In this document: in pieces, positions 55,433-64,000 of the stretch
Position numbering within the stretch: the stretch's first letter is position 1
Layout: every line of letters begins with the position of its first letter
DNA from: Octopus vulgaris
Taxonomy: Eukaryota
Length of the DNA stretch: 64,000 nucleotides
Direction: 5' to 3'
Assembly (NCBI GenBank): GCA_951406725.2
Contig: OX597819.1
Coordinates: forward strand, 1,426,001 to 1,490,000
The notes under the pieces: generated by a model
What the model was told of the DNA's origin: nothing
Database searches by the model: none
What the model saw: only the letters and a program-made list of their open reading frames with translations
Translations under genes and position numbers: made by a program

Positions 55433-56602
55433 ATGTATGTAGACATATACACACACACATACACATACACACACATACACATACACAAACACACACACAT
55501 ATATGTACACACATACTTGTGTATAAATAAATTAGGGTGTAATTGTGTACGTTTCGTATTCTGTCAACAGAAATTAAAAGTTATAGTTGCCTATGTAGAA
55601 AACTGCAAATACCAAAGTGGAGGGCTGAATTGCTAAGCTATGAAGCATTGGTGTCAGTCCTAAGTGCCAGAAGTTCTTTTATTCATTTTGTGCAATCTGT
55701 TAGAGCACTTTCAATAACATTCATCGCATTCAAGCACAAGTTCACCTTTCAATATATCGACAAATGAAATGACACGCTATTATCACGACATACCATTTCA
55801 AAAATAAAGAGGTATTTCAGAAGATATATATATATACGAGATATTTATTTATACCCTCATTGGTATTTCGGTAGATTCTGAAATTTCTCAATTGTTCAAA
55901 CGAATCAAACCTCACGTGGACATATATTGGTGCATGTATTCATATAAGTGCATGTAATTAAATACTCATCTATATGAAGGTTTGTTATGTGAGTACTTAA
56001 ATATTTGTGTATTCAGAGAACATACCTGTAAATATCTCACTGTATACGTTATGGGCCGGTGTATATGGGGAGTCATGTCTTATATGTCATGAGATATTGT
56101 GTACAAACTTGTATGTGTGTGTGTGTGTGTGTATATAAATATATATATATATGTGTATATATATATATATATACATACATACATATATATATTTATACAT
56201 ATGTATATATGCACACACACACACATAAATATATATTACACACCACACACACACACACACACAAATATATACATGTAATTAATATGCGGGATATGCATCA
56301 GTATTTGCGTAAGTAAACTGGATTAATGCTATCATCCAAAGCACAAAATGTAGTTTAAGGAGAATGTTCTGATGACACATTCTCGTCTGATGATTGCACC
56401 AAAAGACTGAAGACATGAAACTTTGAGGAAAAACAAATTTATATCCATACTCACATACACATCTACATAGATACATGCAAAAAATATATATCACAGGGAT
56501 CAGTAGGCGGAAGGCAGAAATGGTCGTCTCAAAGTGGTGTGGCTCAGAAGGTTTCAGCTCTGAAAAGGATTGTATTACCAGGCTAGTGCAAGCAGGACAG
56601 TG

Positions 56603-56701
<99 letters not shown>

Positions 56702-56713
56702 ACACACACAAAC

Positions 56714-56748
<35 letters not shown>

Positions 56749-58030
56749 TATATATATTTACATATATATATATCTTACTATCTTACTTCGTTTTTGTATG
56801 TAGGTAGGTGGTTAGATAGGTAGTAGGTAGGCAGGTGGGCAGGTAAGAGAATAGGTGGACATCTATGAGAAGGTATAGGCAGGTATAGAAAGGGCTGAGT
56901 TAGAATGACAGCAGAATGCAGGTAAGCCCATACAAATAAATACATGTCAATGTGTACAATTCCCATAAGCATCCATACATATTCCAAATGTTCGCACGGA
57001 CAGGCATGCTCACACACACACATACATAAATATACATATACGCAGAACCACACACGCATCCACACACGGTGCATACACACATACAGATATACACAGACAT
57101 ATGTAGGCACAAGTGCATACACACAAACATATACATGTACAGACACACGTGCACACAAGCATGGACACAAACGCGTAAGCAGGAATACACACACACGCAC
57201 ATACGAACATACATACTCACTCACAGAATCGACTCAACCACACGAACAAGCATACTTGACCACTCATACGTGCGCGCACACACACACATACGTAGGTGCT
57301 TATGCACACGCGCGCACACCGATGCTAACAGTCAAATCTACCCTGTTATTCCTTCACTTTTCCCTTCTCATATAAAGAACTAGACCCTAAACCCTTAGAT
57401 CTTCAGTAGATATGAGACTGACCAGGTAACAAAATGGACAAAATGCTGAACCTTTTAAGAGGTCACGAATTGCTAGTGCACTCCCCCACAAACACACAAA
57501 CTTGCATACAAGCAGTCATATGGGCGTACACACACAACCACATACACACAACCACACACACACACACGCGTACACGCATATGCACACACATGAGAAACCT
57601 TCACTTAGTCACACACTTACTGCCCCCTCTAAGCAAACACACGTCTACACACACACGCACATTCAAGCATGCATACACACATACATAAAACCAATTCTCA
57701 GACATACACAGAGTAGACCTTGGAGCGAGAGAAGTCACTAAGTCACAGAAAAGGTCGCGAACAGCGACGAAAGAGCTTTCACTAACAAACAACCGATTGA
57801 TTATTTAACCAGCACATTAAACAAACGATCGATTAGTTGGTTGGTTGGTTGGTTGGATATTTAACCAATTGGCTAACAATAAAGAAGTGGAATTGAACCT
57901 GTGCGTGTGTTATTATTATTAACGTAATGAGTCTCCCGAGACACAACAAAATACTTACATATACGCACACACATATATAGAAAGGCAGACAGACTGACAA
58001 ACACACACACATATAACAAAAGCCTGGAAT

Positions 58031-58436
58031 GTTTTTACTCTTTTACTTGTTTCAGTCATTTGACTGCGGCCATGCGGGAGCACAGACTTTCGTCGAGCAA
58101 CTCGACCCCAGGACTTATTCTTTGTAAGCCTAGTACTTATTCTATCGGTCTCTTTTGCCGAACCGCTAAGTTGATAACCGATGCTGGTGTGTACCAGCAT
58201 CGGTTATCAAGCGATGTTGGAGGAATAAACACAGACACACACGTACACACACACATATATATATATGCATATACATATATTCGACGGACTTCTTTCAGTT
58301 TCCGTCTACCAAATCCACTCACAAGGCTTTGGCCGGCCCGAAGCTATAAAAGACACTTGCCCAAGGTGCCACGCAGCGGGACTGAACCTGGAACCATATG
58401 GTTGGTAAGCAAGTTACTTACCACACAGCCACTCTT
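58031..58436 (-). mobile_element. SINE type B, full length, low divergence
   Basis: Complete head, CORE-like segment, internal TA/TG microsatellite (about 58215-58280) and tail; small internal inverted duplication GATAACCGATGCTGGT / ACCAGCATCGGTTATC. Confidence 0.9.
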
Positions 58437-58916
58437 GTATATAAATGACTTGACTAAATTAAATAATTTATGAATAAACTCTTCTGTCTCGTAGTATTTT
58501 CTTTTCCTATAGGTACTTTGTGATAAGAACTTTCAAATTATAGAGACTAGTGGAAAGAAATTTGGATTATAATACACGAATTCTCTTCGCAGTTTTCTAT
58601 CTTAGCGTATAAATACTGACTATGTGTCATGTAATTTAAATTTAAGTTGCACCATAGGCAGATGTTTATAACGTGACTGTGTGTTCCAAGCAATCTTTTG
58701 GCTCTGGACACATGGTTTGTTCTATGTGAAAAACAAAACGTTGGTACATGAGAAACCACGAGAAAAACCATGAAGATTGATGCAAAGAGTGGAATGAGAT
58801 TTAAGAATGCATAAAATTGGAAAAAACAAAGGAAAGGAAACAATGCTTAATTTTATATATATATATATGTATATGCATTTCACACACACGTACACACACA
58901 CACACGCACACGCACG

Positions 58917-58949
<33 letters not shown>

Positions 58950-59807
58950 GAAACACCACACAATACAAATTCTTAATTTATTGAAGTTATATTACCTCTG
59001 AGAGATGAGTGCACAAGTTCTGAGTGACAACCGAGACCAGATCCAGAGAAGAAAGGGAAGCAATCTAAGGAATGATGAATTACTCAGAGTGGACACGCCA
59101 TTTAGGAGAAAGCGGTTTGATTGTATGGAAACAAGACAACGACCGTGGACTATGTTTCTACCCCGAAATGTGACATCAAAACAGCAATTGTCATAACTTG
59201 TGAAATTTAGAGATATACAAATATAATGAAAATATGTCAAGCATAAGATAATTCGCATAATTTAAATATAACATGAATTAAGAGAGATACATTAAAGTGG
59301 TCAATAACACAAAGATATTTAGAAAATGGGTGAAATAGAATGAAACATGCAAGGGAGGGAAAGAAAGTAAGGAAAGAATACAAAAAAATACTGGATTAGC
59401 ATTAGGAAACGGAGTGAAGACACGTAGATTGTTGTGATCATAATGGTATAAGGTTGGTTAGATGGTCAAAAGTCTGAACGCCTTTAGTATAATTCATTGA
59501 TCCTGAGATAAGTAGACGAGAGAAAAGAAGAGACATTTATGTAACCTGGTTTGAACACATACATACAAGACCATACACACACTTTCGTAACAAATACGCA
59601 CATGCATATATACATACGTACATTTGTACGTACGTACACACATATACATAACACATGCACAATCATAATAAACACACACACACATAAACGTATGAGTAAA
59701 AGAAATATACCAAAAAAAGGTAATAAAAAGCGATAAAGAATTGAGCAAATTTGTCAGTATAAATACCTCCAAGCATAAGCACATAGATATAGACATGTAT
59801 CTATACT

Positions 59808-59843
<36 letters not shown>

Positions 59844-59982
59844 TATACACAAATGCATATGTTTATTCATCTCATCCACTACTCTGCCACATACACATAT
59901 TCGTCATATATATTATTTATATTATTATATGATTGAACACCACGCATCCTCTTCTAAGTATACTCACATATATATACATATA

Positions 59983-60036
<54 letters not shown>

Positions 60037-60160
60037 CACATGCACACACACATATATATATATATACACACACACATATTCATGTGTGCGCATATATCTA
60101 TGTGTGTGTGGTGCGTGCTGTTTGATTATCTGTCATCTCACACGACTTTTCCTCCTACAG

Positions 60161-60217
60161 AACCTCCGATGTGCCACTCCTTGGAGAGCTTGACGGGTCA
60201 CTTAGTATTCATGAAGC
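60161..60217 (+). other. Candidate 57-nt symmetric exon
   Basis: Strong acceptor cttttcctcctacag with upstream CTCAC; donor C|GTAAGA; open in phase 1 (EPPMCHSLESLTGHLVFMK) and phase 2 (TSDVPLLGELDGSLSIHE). Confidence 0.3.
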
Positions 60218-60331
60218 GTAAGAGCGACTGACAAGGAACGGAAGGTGATCATGCTGGAAATCGACTGAGCAGACGCACACGCACGCACGCTCACAGACAT
60301 TATTTGCGCGCGAGCGTACATATACGTGTAT

Positions 60332-60363
<32 letters not shown>

Positions 60364-60589
60364 CATAAATGATTCAATCTAATGTTTTCTTACTCTTTTG
60401 TTTTGTTTCTCACATTGTAACAGTTTCCCTTTCTGTTTTTACTTTACTGTTTTTACTTTCTCCATCAGATATTAGTAACAAAGTAACAGTTTTTCCGGGA
60501 AATTGATTTGTCAAAACAACTGGTTTTAATTAATTTCAGCGCGTAGACAAGTTTAGCAGGTGCGAGTTCAAATTACGATCAAACATAGA

Positions 60590-62400
60590 AATTGATTGCA
60601 AGTAATGTTTCCGTCACTAGTACCACTAATAGTGCGGACTTTCCGCACGCAAATATTTTGATTGTGTTTACAACTATTTTCGCAGACTTTCCAAGTGCTG
60701 GCAGGGGGAATGAACTTTTCAGTTTTGCTAAAACCTTGTGGGGATCTCAACAGAAAGTCACTTGGCCTGAATAACAACAAACGCACCAAACATTTTTCAA
60801 GTTTAATTTCCAAGATCTGTGAAGAAACTTAAAATCAGTGAAAATGGCTATCTCGGTTACAAAAGATGAGAACTAGTAAATGGAGATTTCCAAACCTTGC
60901 TTGGGCAGCAGAAATTAACAACAAATGGAGAGTTCTCCACTGCCCATTCTTGATCAAGAACTTTAAAAAATACGGCTTCCCTCATATTAAGAACATTGAA
61001 ATCGATAATAAAATATTTGGAAAACCTTAACCCTCAGACAAGGGAAGCTATCTCTTTTGTTACTTTTAGAGGGTCCAGTGTCAAGAAGCTGGAATTTACT
61101 TTCTTGATATCATGGTGGAACTGGAAAGACATCCTTCATCAGTCTATTGCTTGCCAAAGTCTGTAAACATTAATTATGTCAATTACAGCTAATTCTTCAA
61201 GTATTTCTGAAACACTCTTTCTGAGGAGCCATACACCATATTCTGCTTTCGTACTCTTCTTAAACTTGGACAGAAAAAATATGTACGTTTTTGCAACATT
61301 GTCAAGAATTCTGTGACCTGACGAGTTCAAGAGATATTCTGAATAATTATTTAGGATGAACGTATAACAGCACTAAAGAGGGATGTGGAGACACTGGGCA
61401 GTTTACTGCAGGACCTGTATGAAAATAGGTCTCAAAAAGTAGTGGTGTCGCATCAGCCTGCTAGTGAAACCAAAAGGAAAACAAAGGAATGAAATTCATG
61501 CATGCCTCAATTCAGCATCACTTTTGTCCAAAGTTAAAAATCATGAAACTATGAGAGTCAACTTTTCTGGAAATGAGCCGTCTGGTAACTTCTGTAAAAA
61601 TTTGTTAAATGTTGATGAAAGAAAATTTACTTCAACAATAGTAATTCCCCAAGTTTCTATATATTCAATAGTAGATGAATTAATATCGAAGTTATTCTTC
61701 ACCAACTTCGTAAAGTAACGCACCACTATGGGTAAAACAACGTCAACTGACACTTGTTTCAGGCACTTCCAGGAAATAGTCATATCTACAAATTATAATA
61801 GACACTGATGTGGGTCAAGAAGAAATAGTTCCCTCTCTTGTAGAATTATAAAATTCACTGGAATCTTCAGATTTAATACCAGACAGACTTCAGCTAAGAA
61901 TCATCCCTAATAATGCTACTGTGGAATTCAGATCAGCGACATAACTGCCGCTGGACAAATGGTTAATTTATAAAATCATTAACACAACAAATCTCACAAG
62001 GTGTACCAAATATCGAGCATAAAATGCTACCCAGAATTCCTCTGATAACAATATGTGCGCCTTTTGACTTGGAATATTCTTGTTTCCAGAACAATCAATA
62101 TATTCGAAGATGAACTGCATTTTGAGGTAAATTGTATGTAGGAGCCTCAAGAATTGCAAGTGTCCATAATCTCTTTTATTTTTTCATCACAGTAAAACGA
62201 AGAACAATATATATTCCAAAGTGCTTTATGACAATTGTAAGAATTCTCAAATCCATGAAGGCTATAGATTTAGCAATATATAAGCTGGGTCTCGTTGCAA
62301 TTTTTAATATAATTTATGTATCAATGCAAGCATTTCAGTTACAATATTTGAATGCCTGGATTTTTTTTCTCGGCACACCGGGTTCCGCTCATTTTAAGAA
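60590..62400 (+). mobile_element. Decayed Helitron (Rep-Hel, PIF1-like helicase)
   Basis: Colinear motifs FSFAKTL, GIYFLD then GGTGKTSFISLLLAKV (Walker A, GGTGKT at 61114-61131), SSSISETLF, FCNIVKNS, *DE (Walker B remnant), LLQDL, NEIHACLNS, TMRV, NSLESS, GKLYVGASRI (about 62126-62155) and KTKNNIYSKVL; many stops and frameshifts. Confidence 0.88.
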
Positions 62401-62581
62401 TGATTTTATTTCTATAAGTAGTTTAATTCCCAAGTCTCCAACTACAACAAATTTTTCACATTGTCTTGAGAATCAAGAAAGATCTTTTATAAATGATAAT
62501 ATATTAGGGTTAATAATAAATTAATTTGAAATAAACTGCTTCATACACACACGTATATTTATACAGAAATATACATACATT

Positions 62582-63235
62582 CTTTTATCCTTCTTTTATT
62601 CTTTCATCGGTTTCAGCTCAAAGCTGCGCCTATGCTGGAGCATCGCCCTTCTGCTACACTGTTATTATTGAGAGCCTCCTCTGATATGTGGCATTTGGTG
62701 AAAAGGGTGTTTGATGTCGCTGCCCTCATTTGCGCCCCCTGCCGCGAGGTAGGTTCATCTGGGACTCTCAGCAGGAAAACATCCAGTTTTGTTTGGAAAA
62801 CGCCTACATTCACTTTGTGTAGGTCTCTCAGGCTCTTTGGGAGAATATTAAAAAGCTGTGGGCTCTTGAAATCCAGGCTGTTACAGTAACTGGTCCTGAA
62901 ACGCGACGGCAGTGTTAGGATCTTTGACATTGTGCAGTAGTTTTCAATGCTAAAATTTAGCACGATCCCGTCCAGATGAATATTACAGCAAATCTCTCCT
63001 GATTTCGCTCTAGGGAGTAGAGTCTTAGCTGTTCCAGCTTTTTCAAGTAGCTGAGCTGTTGTAATGAGACAATCTTTGTGTAGCTTCGCTGGATTGCTTC
63101 AAGGTCCGCTGCTAATTTTACACTGTGGGGTGACCATAGAGGGGAACAGTTGTCCAAACGTCTGAGGACGAATGTCTTTCAGAGTACCATCATGGTTTCC
63201 TTCTCTCTGGTTCTCAAGGTCCTCAGAATCCATAT
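62582..63235 (-). mobile_element. CR1-group LINE 3' end, 5'-truncated
   Basis: WILRTLRTREKETMMVL*KTFV, LDNCSPLWSPH...LEAIQRSYTKI...LRLYSLER and PQLFNILPKSLRDL...FQTKLDVFLLRVPDEP, followed by a 3' tail shared with SINE B. Confidence 0.88.
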
Positions 63236-63695
63236 CAGGATGTGTAATTACATACATGAACTCACGCCTAGACACAGAGTGGTTTCAGCAATTAAGCATT
63301 TAAATGATATATGAATTTCTTTTTTTTAGTTTTATGTTGTCAGTATTTTTACATATCAGTATTACAATTCTTGCTATTTTGGTCAGAATATCATCTGATA
63401 TATGTACTATGTTTATATATTTTAGAAAATTATTATTACCAAAAGATGAGAGAATATTCATTATCCTAAAACTGGCAAAATGTATCAGTAATCTAGATTA
63501 ATTGCATTGGATAGACTAACTCTCCTGAAACCCTTGGGTTGTGACAGCCAACGAGGTCACAGGACTTGGGAGGTTTAATGTACACATTGGAGAAGTAACT
63601 GAAGGTTCTAGTGAGAAGATAGGAGGCGAGGGAAATAGTAGGAAAGAGGTATGATGAGAACTCATTAAAGTGGTCAAATGAAAAGGGACATCTTT

Positions 63696-63782
<87 letters not shown>

Positions 63783-63786
63783 ATAT

Positions 63787-63861
<75 letters not shown>

Positions 63862-64000
63862 TATGGAAATCTACTCAAAATCCAAGGTGACTTTTGACCT
63901 CAGTTACCTTCCCATATTCTCTTCAAGTACATGCAAAATTTGTTGATGATATTTACTGGAAATGCACTAGCTGTTTAGTATGTTTCACAGTCATAAAACA

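Noticed and set aside
58995-59258. Unique-sequence ORFs on both strands with a minus-strand AG|GTAAT donor
   Set aside because: No recognisable domain or clear acceptor.
61464-62524. Host PIF1 helicase gene
   Set aside because: Intronless, riddled with stops and frameshifts, and with Helitron-type upstream motifs.

Overview
Eukaryotic, extremely microsatellite-rich animal DNA; the repeat style fits an octopod cephalopod such as Octopus (inference, not verified). No complete host gene is present. Nearly all ORFs in the supplied track are translated simple repeats. The interpretable content is mostly transposon-derived: at least four modular tRNA-derived SINE types (several with clean target-site duplications), a near-complete internally deleted mariner (31935-33072), a truncated mariner, three MITEs, and decayed hAT, Helitron, CR1-group, RTE and Penelope-like remnants. 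The best host-gene signal is a candidate signal-peptide first coding exon (19083-19158, +) behind a GCC/CpG-rich island, which would make most of the downstream 45 kb intronic. The most interesting observations are three types of Penelope-style minimal hammerhead-ribozyme motifs (one with a shared non-canonical core), a LINE/SINE 3' stem-loop with compensatory changes, SINE domain shuffling, and long fold-back structures. I cannot demonstrate a wholly new biological system. Family assignments come from manual translation and recalled consensus motifs, not database searches.
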